DNA of 64,000 nucleotides from assembly GCA_031369685.1 (NCBI GenBank), contig JANMPD010000099.1:3076-67075 (forward strand), given 5' to 3'. The notes below the pieces were generated by a model that worked only from the letters and a program-made list of their open reading frames with translations, was not told where the DNA came from and ran no database searches. Source of the DNA: Chloroflexota bacterium (lineage in GTDB: Bacteria > Chloroflexota > Limnocylindria > Limnocylindrales > CSP1-4). The position numbers and the translations under genes are program-made. Shown here in pieces: positions 1-9,360 of the stretch. The first letter of the stretch is position 1, and each line of letters begins with the position of its first letter.

Positions 1-338
1 CCTGGGGGCATGAGCTCATCTGGGCACACACCGATCGCTATGTCGGCAAGGTCCTCGTCATCGAGACCGGCCGGCGGCTGTCCTACCAGTACCACGAGAT
101 CAAGGATGAATCGATCCGCGTGCTCTCCGGTCGGCTCCGACTGACCCTCGAGAACGATCAGGGCGTCGACGAGGAGTACGAGCTTGGTCCGGGCGATGAC
201 GCGCATGTCGCCACCGGTCGCCGCCATCGATACGCGGCCATCGAGCGCTGCGAGTTGATGGAGGTTTCGACGCCCGAGCTTGCGGACGTCATTCGCCTGT
301 CGGATGACTTCGGGCGCGAGGGGACTTCGGCGCCCTGA
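1..338 (+). CDS. Cupin domain protein (5' partial; resembles the C-terminal cupin of mannose-6-phosphate isomerase type II)
   Basis: The frame of ORF 120..338 stays open back to base 3 (WGHELIWAHTDRYVGKVLVIETGRRLSYQYHEIKDESIRVLSGRLRLTLEN...). Hydrophobic beta-strand pattern with a conserved His/Glu motif typical of cupins. Confidence 0.55.
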   Translation, partial: WGHELIWAHTDRYVGKVLVIETGRRLSYQYHEIKDESIRVLSGRLRLTLENDQGVDEEYELGPGDDAHVATGRRHRYAAIERCELMEVSTPELADVIRLSDDFGREGTSAP

Positions 339-468
339 CCAATTCCGGGTGTCGCATCTAGCCCTCTGGGTGTAGGCTTTGCCCGCGACCGTCTCGCCTG
401 GTCGATGGTGCAAGGACCGGACGGCGGCTCGCCAAGCAGCCCCCGCGGGGGCCGGAGGGTCTGGCACG

Positions 469-744
469 ATGCACAGCTCCTTGATCGGCAAGGTCGAGAA
501 GGCCAATCGTTACGCCCGGGAACTCGATCGCATCTCCCTCGATCGCGTCTCGCTCACGTTCCGCGGCGACAACGACACGCACCAGGTCACACTCGACGCC
601 GGTCAGTGGCATTGCACCTGCCACTATTTCCAGAGTTGGGGAGCCTGTGTCCACCTGCTCGCCCTGCAGAAGGTCTTTGGCGTGATGCTGCCCGATGAGG
701 CGCAGGTATCCATCTTCGGACCGACGGCGGTGCCCACGGCCTGA
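469..744 (+). CDS. SWIM zinc-finger domain protein
   Basis: CxC...CxH motif (GQWHCTCHYFQSWGACVHLLAL) in ORF 379..744. Start placed at the internal Met (MHSSLIGKVEK). Confidence 0.5.
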   Translation: MHSSLIGKVEKANRYARELDRISLDRVSLTFRGDNDTHQVTLDAGQWHCTCHYFQSWGACVHLLALQKVFGVMLPDEAQVSIFGPTAVPTA

Positions 745-879
745 TCTTCGGAGGTCGGCCACGGGCCGCCTCCACCCCGACGAACAGACGACCCGCCCGG
801 GAAACCCGAGCGGGTCGTTGCGTTGGGGCGCACGAGCCCAGTGGCAGGGCCGGTCTCCCTCTGGCAGTGGCTCCGCCTG

Positions 880-1428
880 TCAGCGCACGGTGACCGCCCA
901 GTAGGTCAGACCATCACCGCGTCCGTCGGCCCGGAAGACGCGAGCCTCGAGGACCCATTGCCCTGGCGGGAGTGGCCCCACGGTTACCGACGATCCATCC
1001 GCGGCGCGACCGCCCGATCGGACGCCCTGCGGATGGGCTCCGCTCGTATCATCGGCGGCGGCGAATACCGTTGAGATGTCCCTGATTGCCGCCCCATCGG
1101 CGAATCGGATCTGGAGCGTGTCGGCGGCGCCGACTTCGACGGTCGGGATCGCATGGAACGGCAGCCACGGCGCGTCACTGCCGGCCCCATCCATCACATA
1201 GGTACCGAGCGCACCCAGGATGGTGCCCTGCGCGGTCACGAGCTCGGCGACGGGGCGGAGCACCGAGTTCGAAAGCACCTCCGTCGACAGCGGCGGCGGG
1301 GCCGTCGGCGTCGCGCCGACCGTGCCCTGGGCTCCGGGCACCGTGGTGCAGCCCATCAGGCCGACCAGGGCGAGGAGCGTCAGGCCGGCGATCGGCCCGG
1401 CGAAGGCGAGGTTGAGGTCGCGCGTCAT
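880..1428 (-). CDS. Hypothetical lipoprotein
   Basis: N-terminal signal peptide with a lipobox (LALVGLMGC). Its start overlaps the stop of the upstream gene by 4 nt. Confidence 0.5.
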   Translation of the reverse strand: MTRDLNLAFAGPIAGLTLLALVGLMGCTTVPGAQGTVGATPTAPPPLSTEVLSNSVLRPVAELVTAQGTILGALGTYVMDGAGSDAPWLPFHAIPTVEVGAADTLQIRFADGAAIRDISTVFAAADDTSGAHPQGVRSGGRAADGSSVTVGPLPPGQWVLEARVFRADGRGDGLTYWAVTVR

Positions 1429-2477
1429 TCGACCACCGAGCTCGGACAGCCCGCTCCGCTGCAGCCGCCGACCGTCACCTTGATCACGCTCGACAGCGAC
1501 GCGAGCACGCCATCACCGGTGGCTGGGACGAAGGCGGCCGACCACTCGTAGGTCGCCCTTGGTGAGACCATGAGCACGTACGTTCCATCTGTTGTCCCGC
1601 TCGGGGTCATGGGCCCGATGCTCGTCCAGGTGGTGGACCCGACGACCCGCCGTTTCAGGACCACCGTGCGCGCACTGATCGGATCGCTCATCAGGGCCCG
1701 ATTTGTCGACGCGCTGGTGGTCTTGAGCGTGGCCGTGAACCTGACCGCGTCCCCGACCCAGATACTGCTGGAGGACGCGCCGAGGGTCGTGGCTGTGGCG
1801 ATCGCGAGGCAGGACGAAAAGAGGGCACCCGCGGTCTGTCGGTCGTACTCGAGCTGGAGACGGGCCACGTCGCAGGGCGCGAATCCGTGGGCGAACCAGC
1901 CGGTATCGGGACGTGCCCGGCTGAGGGCCTGGACGACGGCGTCCAGGTAGTCCGAGTTGGTGCTGTTGTTCACGTGGTGACCGAGATCCTCGATGTGTCC
2001 GAACTCATCGAGCGCGATGGTCTCCGCGTCGAAACAGCCGTTGGCAATCGTTGCCAGTCCCTCGCACCAGCGGAGCGCGCCCCAGTCGAAGACGTAGTTC
2101 TGGGCGCGAAACCACATCTTGAAGCTCGTCGGTGCTCCGGACCGATCCGCGCAGGCAATGCCGGCCGACGAGCAGCCGGTCGGTTCGCCGTACGCGATTG
2201 TGCTCGCGGCGCCCGACGCTACCCGCGCGAAGGTCGCGGCGCGAGAGGCGCGAGTGCGGCTGGCATCGGCGGCCCCATTGTCGATTGCCGTCGCCATCCA
2301 CGCCGGCGGTGCCTGATTCGCACGCCATTGGTACGTGACGGCCTGATTCTGCGCCCAGAGTGCCCCACCGAGCAGGGGATCGGGTCCATGTGCAGTGGCG
2401 CTGCCGGCGGCGATCGCCATCAGCAACGTACCCAGCAGGATCGAGCGGTAGATGTTGCTTCGGACGTGCCTGATCAC
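1425..2477 (-). CDS. Secreted hypothetical protein with a metzincin-like DEFGHxxxxGHH motif
   Basis: Signal peptide (LLGTLLMAIAAGSATAHG). Motif ALDEFGHIEDLGHH resembles HExxHxxGxxH with the first His replaced by Asp. 4-nt overlaps with both neighbours. Confidence 0.5.
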   Translation of the reverse strand: MIRHVRSNIYRSILLGTLLMAIAAGSATAHGPDPLLGGALWAQNQAVTYQWRANQAPPAWMATAIDNGAADASRTRASRAATFARVASGAASTIAYGEPTGCSSAGIACADRSGAPTSFKMWFRAQNYVFDWGALRWCEGLATIANGCFDAETIALDEFGHIEDLGHHVNNSTNSDYLDAVVQALSRARPDTGWFAHGFAPCDVARLQLEYDRQTAGALFSSCLAIATATTLGASSSSIWVGDAVRFTATLKTTSASTNRALMSDPISARTVVLKRRVVGSTTWTSIGPMTPSGTTDGTYVLMVSPRATYEWSAAFVPATGDGVLASLSSVIKVTVGGCSGAGCPSSVVE

Positions 2478-3586
2478 GGTCGATTCCCCCTGGCCCGGGC
2501 GGGTGACGTGGCGATGTCAAGGAACGTCGGCGGTCCGCCGGGGCGGATCAGCCCGATCGCATCGGATGACGTTTCGATCCCGGTTGTCCCGGTGCCGTCC
2601 TGCAGGAACACGCCACGCTCAAGCTGACCGAGCGCGAGGCGCCGCCCGCTGGAGAGATCCACGAGGGTCGCCGTCGTCGTCCCATCAGCCATTCGGCGGA
2701 TCACGACGACCCGGCCATCGCGCGTAACGGCCGCACCGGCGGTGCCGGTCGCGATCGTCGTCGACCGTCCCGTCCGGAGATCCCAGGCGAGGATGTCACA
2801 GGGCAGGCCGGGACACGCCGCCCGGGTGATCAGCATCCGACCGACGATGCCGACGATGCTCCCGTGTTCGCCAGCGATCGTTGCAATCGCGCCCGTTGCG
2901 ATGTCGAGGACTCGGGTGACGCAGCGGTCGGGATCACAGGACTGAACGGCAAGTCGAGCGCCGTCGGCAGAAAGGATCAGGTCGGTCGACCAGACTCGCT
3001 TGATCCCGGCCCGCTGGAGCAACTCAGTGGTTGGTGGGACGACAAGCTGGGTTGGGCGCGACCCGTCGAGTGGCACTCGCCAGGTTCCGAGATCGGCGCG
3101 CGTACCACGCTCCAACAGATGCACCAGGGTCGTGCTCCCGTCACGCGTCAGCACCGCGCGACGGGCGATGGATCGCTCGATCGAGAGGGACCGCGAGCAT
3201 GGTGCCGTGGTGTCGATGACCTCGATGGTCGAGCGGGTCCCATCCTCGACGGTTGCCACGATGCGACCCTGGATTGGCCCGGAAACGAAGCTCCCGGGTG
3301 GCAGGTCCAAGACCACTGCACGAGCCCTCGGCGCTCCGATCGTGACCGTCCACCCCGTCAGGGACCCCTGAATGTCCGTGATCGGTCGCTGATCCCACCA
3401 CGTGCCATCGGCAGATCCGGGAGCGGCGGCCGCCGTTGCGTCCGCCGGCACGCACGCGACCAGTTGGGTGGGTAGCGGCAGGCTCCCGGCAGCAACACGA
3501 GGTGCGCCCCGGAACCCCGACCCGACGGCGAGGACCATGACCAGCGGCGGCCCGAGAATCACGACCCGACGTAGCCTCGATCTCAT
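2474..3586 (-). CDS. Secreted hypothetical protein (first gene of the 3-gene secreted operon)
   Basis: N-terminal hydrophobic signal segment (VVILGPPLVMVLAVGSG). Repetitive beta-rich Thr/Gly/Asp sequence. 4-nt ATGA overlap with the downstream gene. Confidence 0.5.
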   Translation of the reverse strand: MRSRLRRVVILGPPLVMVLAVGSGFRGAPRVAAGSLPLPTQLVACVPADATAAAAPGSADGTWWDQRPITDIQGSLTGWTVTIGAPRARAVVLDLPPGSFVSGPIQGRIVATVEDGTRSTIEVIDTTAPCSRSLSIERSIARRAVLTRDGSTTLVHLLERGTRADLGTWRVPLDGSRPTQLVVPPTTELLQRAGIKRVWSTDLILSADGARLAVQSCDPDRCVTRVLDIATGAIATIAGEHGSIVGIVGRMLITRAACPGLPCDILAWDLRTGRSTTIATGTAGAAVTRDGRVVVIRRMADGTTTATLVDLSSGRRLALGQLERGVFLQDGTGTTGIETSSDAIGLIRPGGPPTFLDIATSPARARGNRP

Positions 3587-3689
3587 TGCGATACCTCCTC
3601 CGGCGGGGGGCGGGAGGAGGGCGGAGGCTGCCAGTGTCGAGGTGGGCGCTTATCTGCGGATCACCTGCGCAGTGGCGGTGCTACAGTTC

Positions 3690-3870
3690 CCCTGATCGCT
3701 CAACCGGGCGGTCCCCCGAGTCGTCGCGAAGCCGGTGCAACTCCGGCACAGTCCCGCTACGGTGATCGTCGCTCCGGCGACGTAAGTCCGGTCGCCGACA
3801 CTCGGTGGATGCACGACCTTCGAGAGAAAGGCAGGCTCCCCGATGATTCCGACCGACTGACCAGTTCGCG
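3690..3870 (+). ncRNA. Cobalamin (AdoCbl) riboswitch
   Basis: Core GAAGCCGGTGCAACTCCGGCACAGTCCCGCTACGGTGA (3729-3766) matches the conserved RF00174 core (GGTGcaAaTCCgg...CCCGC.AC.GTgA). It lies in the 5' leader of a BtuF-type ABC importer operon. A downstream GAGAAAGGCAGGC segment resembles the B12-box region. Confidence 0.65.
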
Positions 3871-3931
3871 TCCCATCGACCCCGGCGGACGCCTCGGCCC
3901 GCCGCCCCACCCCTCGGTCGGAGACTCCCTG

Positions 3932-4972
3932 ATGGATCCTTTCGCGTCATTACGCGCGCCGCGTTTTGGAACCGGCACTGCGCCTACCCGCTCCCGCCGC
4001 CGAGATGTCGGCGGCATCACCCGGCTCGCGCCGATGGCCCTCGCCCTCGTGCTCGCGGCCTGCACAGGCGCGGCCGCGACGCCCACTGCCACGACCGCGC
4101 CCGTTCCAACGGTCGCCAGTACGCCTGCTCCCACGCCGACCCCGGCACCTGCCTTCCCGGTCACCATCGTCGACGACGAGGGCACGAGCGTCACGCTCGC
4201 CGCCGAGCCGCTCAAGATCGTGTCGCTCACGCCGGCCGCCACGGAGACCCTGTTCGCCATCGGCGCCGGGCCGCACGTTGTGGCCAAGGTCGAGGACATC
4301 ACGCCGTATCCGCCGGAGGCCGATTCGCTGCCGGTCGTGGCCACGTATCAGGGGGTCGATGTCGAGAAGATCGTCAGCTTGCGCGCGGACCTGGTGATTG
4401 CCGGGGGCCTCGGGTTCACGCCGCCTGCCGCGGTCGCCCAGCTCCGGACCCTTGGGATCCCCGTTGTCGTGCTGTATGCCGAGTCCGTCGCCGGCGCGCT
4501 GGCCGGAATCAACACCGTCGGGACCGTGACCGGGCAGGCCGACGAGGCGAGTGTCCTCACCGGCGCGATGCAGGCCGAGTTCGACCGGCTCGCGGCCCTC
4601 ACGCAGAAACTGCCGAAGCCGCTCACTTTCTACGAGATCGATGCCCAATCGGCCATCTACACGGTGCCGGCGGACTCGCTGTATGCAGAGTTGCTACGCC
4701 TTGCCGGCGCCGACCCCATCACGACGGATGCGAGCTACCAGATTTCGCTGGAGCAGCTCATCACCGCCAATCCTGAGGTGATTCTTCTCGGTGACGGCTC
4801 GTCCACGACGCCGGCGGACGTTACGGCACGACCCAACTGGGACGGGATCAAGGCCGTGGTGGACGGGAAGATCTTTCCGGTGAATAACACACTCATCACC
4901 CGCCCTGGCCCGCGCCTGGTGGAGGGCCTTCGGGCATTGATCAAGGCCCTGCACCCGGAGGTCCAGACCTGA
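3932..4972 (+). CDS. ABC transporter substrate-binding protein, cobalamin/Fe3+-siderophore type (BtuF/FecB family)
   Basis: Periplasmic-binding-protein class III features (LKIVSLTPAATETLFAIGAG...VEKIVSLRADLVIA). Lipobox LAACTG. Alternative start at 4034. The 3809 start would lie inside the riboswitch. Confidence 0.8.
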   Translation: MDPFASLRAPRFGTGTAPTRSRRRDVGGITRLAPMALALVLAACTGAAATPTATTAPVPTVASTPAPTPTPAPAFPVTIVDDEGTSVTLAAEPLKIVSLTPAATETLFAIGAGPHVVAKVEDITPYPPEADSLPVVATYQGVDVEKIVSLRADLVIAGGLGFTPPAAVAQLRTLGIPVVVLYAESVAGALAGINTVGTVTGQADEASVLTGAMQAEFDRLAALTQKLPKPLTFYEIDAQSAIYTVPADSLYAELLRLAGADPITTDASYQISLEQLITANPEVILLGDGSSTTPADVTARPNWDGIKAVVDGKIFPVNNTLITRPGPRLVEGLRALIKALHPEVQT

Positions 4973-5046
4973 GCTTCGCAACGCGCGCCGGGCTTCTCGG
5001 CCCGCGACCACGTTCCGGGATCCGCGCCGCGCTCGCTCGACGCCCC

Positions 5047-6054
5047 GTGCTGGTGGCGGTGAGCGGCGCGACGCTGCTCGCGGTCGCTCTCATTGCCGGG
5101 ATCGCGGCCGGATCGGTCGCGATCTCGCCGGCCGATACGCTCGGCATCCTGGCTCATCGGATGCTGGGACTCGACGTGACGCGGACGTGGACAGCGGCCG
5201 CCGAGACGATCGTGATGGACCTGCGCCTGCCGCGGGTCCTGACCGCGATGGTCGTCGGCGGCGGCCTCGCGGTTGCCGGCGCCGCGTTCCAGGGCCTGCT
5301 CAGGAACCCACTTGCGGATCCGTATGTCCTGGGCACGGCCTCGGGGGCTGCGCTCGGGGCCGCGGTCGCGGTGCTGATCCCCGTCCGGACGCTCTTCCTC
5401 CAGTTCGGCCTGATCCATGCCCTCGCGTTCATCGGGGCGCTCGGCGCCGTCGTGGTCGTCTACCGGTTGTCCAGGGTCGGGGCCACGGCGCCGATGACGA
5501 GCCTGCTGCTCACCGGGTATGCGGTCAGCTCGCTGCTCGCCGCGGGGCTGGCGATGGCGATGTACCTGTCGGGAGCCGGATTACGGCAGATCTTCGCGTA
5601 CCTCCTCGGTGGCTTCGACGCCGCCTCCTGGGGGCGCCTGGCGGTTGCGGCACCGCTGATCCTCATATCCAGCTTCGTGATCCTGCTTCGGGCACGGAGC
5701 CTCAACGGCATGCTGCTGGGCGAGGAGGCCGCCGCCCACCTTGGGATCGACGTTCGACGAGAGCGGGCCGTGCTCCTGGCGGTCGCGTCGCTGGCCACGG
5801 CGGCTTCGGTGGCAATCTCCGGGCTGATCGGGTTCGTCGGCCTCGTGGCGCCCCACGTCGTTCGCCTGCTGGTCGGCCCGAACGCTCGCCTGGTGCTGCC
5901 TCTGGCAGCGCTGCTCGGGGCGAGCCTGATGGTCGGCGCGGACCTCATGGCCCGGTTGCTCGGCGAGATTCCCGTGGGCGTGGTCACGGCCGTCGTGGGA
6001 GCGCCGTTCTTCCTCGCCCTGCTCCGCCGCGCCCATACCGGTTATGAACTGTGA
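5047..6054 (+). CDS. Iron-complex/cobalamin ABC transporter permease (FecCD/BtuC family)
   Basis: About 10 TM segments with FecCD signature regions. Follows the binding protein. Confidence 0.85.
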   Translation: MLVAVSGATLLAVALIAGIAAGSVAISPADTLGILAHRMLGLDVTRTWTAAAETIVMDLRLPRVLTAMVVGGGLAVAGAAFQGLLRNPLADPYVLGTASGAALGAAVAVLIPVRTLFLQFGLIHALAFIGALGAVVVVYRLSRVGATAPMTSLLLTGYAVSSLLAAGLAMAMYLSGAGLRQIFAYLLGGFDAASWGRLAVAAPLILISSFVILLRARSLNGMLLGEEAAAHLGIDVRRERAVLLAVASLATAASVAISGLIGFVGLVAPHVVRLLVGPNARLVLPLAALLGASLMVGADLMARLLGEIPVGVVTAVVGAPFFLALLRRAHTGYEL

Positions 6055-6791
6055 TCCGCCTCGACGGTGTATCTGTCGTCTATCGGGACCGCGCCGCGCT
6101 TCGCGATGTGACCCTCACGATCGATTCCGGCGAACGGGTCGCGATCATCGGTCCGAACGGGGCTGGAAAGTCGACCCTGCTGCGAGTGATCGCCGGACTG
6201 CTTCGTCCGGCGACCGGAACGGTGGAGCTCGGAGGGGACCGCGTCGATCGCCTTGAGCGCATGACCGTGGCACGACGTCTCGCCGTGGTGCCCCAACTGC
6301 CGGTGCTGCCATTTGCCACGACCGTCGAGGAGGTCGTCGCCCTGGGTCGCCTGCCGCATGAGCATCCCGTTCGGGGCATGCGGCCCGGCGACCGAGCGGC
6401 CGTCGCCGCCGCAATCGAGCGGGTCGGCGTGGGTCACCTGCTTGGTCGCGACGCACGTGAGCTCTCACTCGGTGAACGCCAGCTCGTCTTGCTGGCGATG
6501 GCGGTCGCCCAGGACGCGCCAGTCCTGGTCCTTGACGAGCCAACGGTCCACCTCGATCTCCGTCATCAGGTGGAGGTCATGGAGCTGGTCGGCGATCTCA
6601 ACACCCGTGACGGAACGACCATCCTCGCCGTCCTCCACGATCTCGGCCTGGCCGCCCACTTCTTCCCGCGCCTGATCCTGCTGGACCGTGGACGTGTGGT
6701 CGCCGACGGCTCACCGGCCGACGTCCTGGCTCCGGAACGGATCCGCGAAGTCTTCGGGGTCGATCCCACGTTCGTCCGCCTGGGGACGTGA
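6051..6791 (+). CDS. ABC transporter ATP-binding protein (BtuD/FecE family)
   Basis: Walker A GPNGAGKST, signature LSLGERQ and Walker B LVLDEPT. 4-nt overlap with the permease. Confidence 0.9.
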   Translation: MIRLDGVSVVYRDRAALRDVTLTIDSGERVAIIGPNGAGKSTLLRVIAGLLRPATGTVELGGDRVDRLERMTVARRLAVVPQLPVLPFATTVEEVVALGRLPHEHPVRGMRPGDRAAVAAAIERVGVGHLLGRDARELSLGERQLVLLAMAVAQDAPVLVLDEPTVHLDLRHQVEVMELVGDLNTRDGTTILAVLHDLGLAAHFFPRLILLDRGRVVADGSPADVLAPERIREVFGVDPTFVRLGT

Positions 6792-7543
6792 CCCCAATCT
6801 GGGCAAATCCATGCGCGGGCGGATTGCCCGACGCGTCGTGCTACGCTCCATGCGTGAATCGAGTGCGCACGGTACGCCGCGTCGCCCGACGCCTTTCTCC
6901 GATTGCCGCGATCGCCGTGGCATTCGTGGTCGTGGGATGCAGCGCCAATACCAGCCCGTCAACCCGCCCGCAGGGCAATGGCGCGACGCCGTCCGCGTCG
7001 GTGGCCCCGACCGTTGGGGCGCCGAGTCCGGACGTTCAGACGCCCACGCCGGATCCGGGCCCAACCGCAACCGCGACTGACGCCGGCGCCTCACCGTCTC
7101 CGTCGAATGTCGCGAACGGATGCAGCGGGAGCGACGCCAACCGGACCTTCTTCGACCAGGCGGCGGCAACGATGTCGTGGCCGGTCTACTGCGCGGTGCT
7201 TCCGACCGGCTGGTTCGTCGAAGCCGGCAGTTATCGCGTGGCGAACGGCGGCCACCTCAACATCACGTATCGAGGACCGGGCAACGCGCACCTTGCGATC
7301 ACCGAAGGCAACGTCTGCGACGGCCTTGGCACCGACATCGACGTGTGTGCTCCACGGGACGCGGTGATCGGCCCTGCCGCGTTCGGCGACCAGGTTGGCG
7401 AACTCGGGCAGGAGGGCACCGGACTTGTGCTCGATGTCGACCGTGGCGCCAACCCATCCTGGCGTGTCACGGGCCTCGGCATCAGCGCGGCGGACTTCAC
7501 GCTCCTGTGCGCCGCGATGTACCACGTGACCGCCGGCGGCTGA
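6788..7543 (+). CDS. Hypothetical lipoprotein (fourth gene of the riboswitch-controlled operon)
   Basis: ATGA overlap with the ATPase gene. Signal/lipobox AVAFVVVGCSAN followed by a Pro/Thr/Ala-rich linker. No recognisable domain. Exact start uncertain. Confidence 0.5.
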   Translation: MTPIWANPCAGGLPDASCYAPCVNRVRTVRRVARRLSPIAAIAVAFVVVGCSANTSPSTRPQGNGATPSASVAPTVGAPSPDVQTPTPDPGPTATATDAGASPSPSNVANGCSGSDANRTFFDQAAATMSWPVYCAVLPTGWFVEAGSYRVANGGHLNITYRGPGNAHLAITEGNVCDGLGTDIDVCAPRDAVIGPAAFGDQVGELGQEGTGLVLDVDRGANPSWRVTGLGISAADFTLLCAAMYHVTAGG

Positions 7544-7737
7544 GCCGGGCGCGCGGCAGCGGGGGAGCTGCCGGCCCTTCTCAGCGCAGTGCGGCCGCGA
7601 CGAGGGTCGCCACGGCGTCCGCCGTTCGCTCGGGATCGCCACCCTGCCCGATGATCATTGACGTGGCACCGAACCCGGCGAGGGCAGCGGCGGGGCAGCG
7701 GAATACGTGCGCGAGCCCTGCCGGGCATCATGCACGG

Positions 7738-8859
7738 ATGCGCATTGCCGAATTCGAGCTGGAACGCTACTTCGCCCGCTGGGAGTTCGCGGTCAAGCAC
7801 CTCCTGTGCGCCAGCGACGTCCAGGGCTGGTCGATGTCCGAGCTCCTCGAGCATGCGGACGATGCGACGGCCGCACTGTGGCGCGACCTCCATCTGGGCT
7901 ACACGGAGGCGCCCGGTCACCCGCTCCTCCGACGCGAGATCGCATCGCTCTACGAGACCGCGACGCCCGCCGATGTCCAGGTCCTGAGCGGGGCCGAGGA
8001 GGGGATCTTCGCCCTCGTCAACGTCCTGCTCGGCCCGGGCGACCATGCGATCGTGACGTGGCCGGGTTACCAGAGCCTGTACGAGATCGCGCGGGCCCTG
8101 GGTGCCGACGTCACGCTCCACGAACTCCGTGAGGACGCTGGCTGGGCAATCGATGTCGAGACGATGCGTGGCCAGGTCACGCCACAGACGAAGTTGATCG
8201 TCATCAACGCCCCACACAACCCGACCGGCATGCTGCCGGATCGCGCGACATTCGATGCCATCGTCGCGGTCGCCGCCGAGGCGGGCGCGCACCTGCTGGT
8301 GGACGAGGTGTATCGGTACCTGGAGTTCGAGGACGGCGCGCGTTTGCCCGCCGGCGTGGACGCAGGCCGGCACGTGATCTCGCTCGGGGTCATGTCCAAA
8401 TCGTTCGCCATGGCAGGCCTCCGGATAGGCTGGATCGCATCACGGGATTCGTCGTTGCTTGCCCGGGTCTCATCCTTCAGGGACTACACGACGATCTGCG
8501 CGTCTGCCCCGTCCGAGATCCTCTCGCTGATCGGGCTGCGCGCACGTGACGTGGTGCTTGGCCGGTCGCAGGCACTGGTGGCCCGGAACATGACAGCGAT
8601 GGACGCGCTCTTTGCCCGTTGGCCCGACACGCTGTACTGGGTTCGGCCGGGCGGTGGGTCGATCGGATTCCCGCGGCTCCGCGAGGACCTCGACATCGAT
8701 GCCTTCAGCGCCGAGCTGGTGGAACGGGAAGGGGTGTTGCTGCTGCCCGGGTCACGGTTCGGCCATCCCGGCAACCACTTCCGGATCGGCTTCGGGCGCG
8801 AGGACCTGGATGAAGCCGTGGCGGGGTTGGAACGGCACCTGGAGCGCGTGTCGCGGTAG
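7738..8859 (+). CDS. Pyridoxal-phosphate-dependent aminotransferase, class I/II
   Basis: N-terminus FELERYFARWEF...; PLP-lysine motif SKSFAMAGLRIGW; NPTG motif. The long ORF 7120..8859 has a non-coding-looking N-extension, so the start is set at ATG 7738. Confidence 0.85.
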   Translation: MRIAEFELERYFARWEFAVKHLLCASDVQGWSMSELLEHADDATAALWRDLHLGYTEAPGHPLLRREIASLYETATPADVQVLSGAEEGIFALVNVLLGPGDHAIVTWPGYQSLYEIARALGADVTLHELREDAGWAIDVETMRGQVTPQTKLIVINAPHNPTGMLPDRATFDAIVAVAAEAGAHLLVDEVYRYLEFEDGARLPAGVDAGRHVISLGVMSKSFAMAGLRIGWIASRDSSLLARVSSFRDYTTICASAPSEILSLIGLRARDVVLGRSQALVARNMTAMDALFARWPDTLYWVRPGGGSIGFPRLREDLDIDAFSAELVEREGVLLLPGSRFGHPGNHFRIGFGREDLDEAVAGLERHLERVSR

Positions 8860-8892
8860 GGGCCACGGGCGGTGGCCCGGCTGTGGCGGCGC

Positions 8893-8992
8893 TCGGCCAC
8901 CCGCGAGCCCCACTCGGCCACCCGCGAGTCCCACCGGCCACCCGCGAGCCCCACTCGGCCACCCGCGAGTCCCACCGGCCACCCATCCTGCC
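8893..8992. repeat. Intergenic tandem direct repeat (about 41-nt unit, roughly 2.4 copies)
   Basis: ggccacccgcgagccccactc / ggccacccgcgagtcccacc alternate twice, followed by a partial copy. The unit length is not a multiple of 3, so this is a DNA-level repeat. Confidence 0.7.
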
Positions 8993-9360
8993 AAATCGAC
9001 ATCCCCGGTCGGCAGGGCAGGCTTCGGGGACCGAACCGCGGCCAATGTCCCCTGATTCGGCCAACTCCCGTGCTCAGTTGAGCTCAGACCCGCAGGCCGG
9101 GCCGGTGTCCAACCCCGCGGACCCGCCGGCAACCGAGCCTTGGCGACCCAGGGTGTCGATGTGGCAGGAAACCGGGTCCCCTGGCTCGAAGAGCGGTGCC
9201 GGCGTCCGGGGCGTCGAGTCGCCCCACTTCTTCATCGGTTCGCTCGCCTCTCTCGAGGAGAAGTTCATCCGCCAGTGCGAACAGCTCGGTATCAACTCGA
9301 TCACGGTCGGCGAACTGGGTCTCTCGATGACCTCGTGGAGCGGCTGGTCGGAACCTGAGG

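Noticed and set aside
5187-6047. 286-aa alternative frame inside the permease gene
   Set aside because: An Arg/Gly/Pro-rich shadow ORF. The FecCD permease frame has the TM topology and conserved motifs.
7556-7573. Short hairpin ggcagc-ggggga-gctgcc after the riboswitch operon
   Set aside because: Only a 6-bp stem with no U-tract. It may be a weak terminator but is too short to call.
7120-8859. 579-aa ORF suggesting a long N-terminal extension of the aminotransferase
   Set aside because: The first 200 residues are Arg/Gly/Pro-rich junk typical of an out-of-context high-GC frame, and they overlap the lipoprotein gene. The conserved aminotransferase N-terminus begins at ATG 7738.
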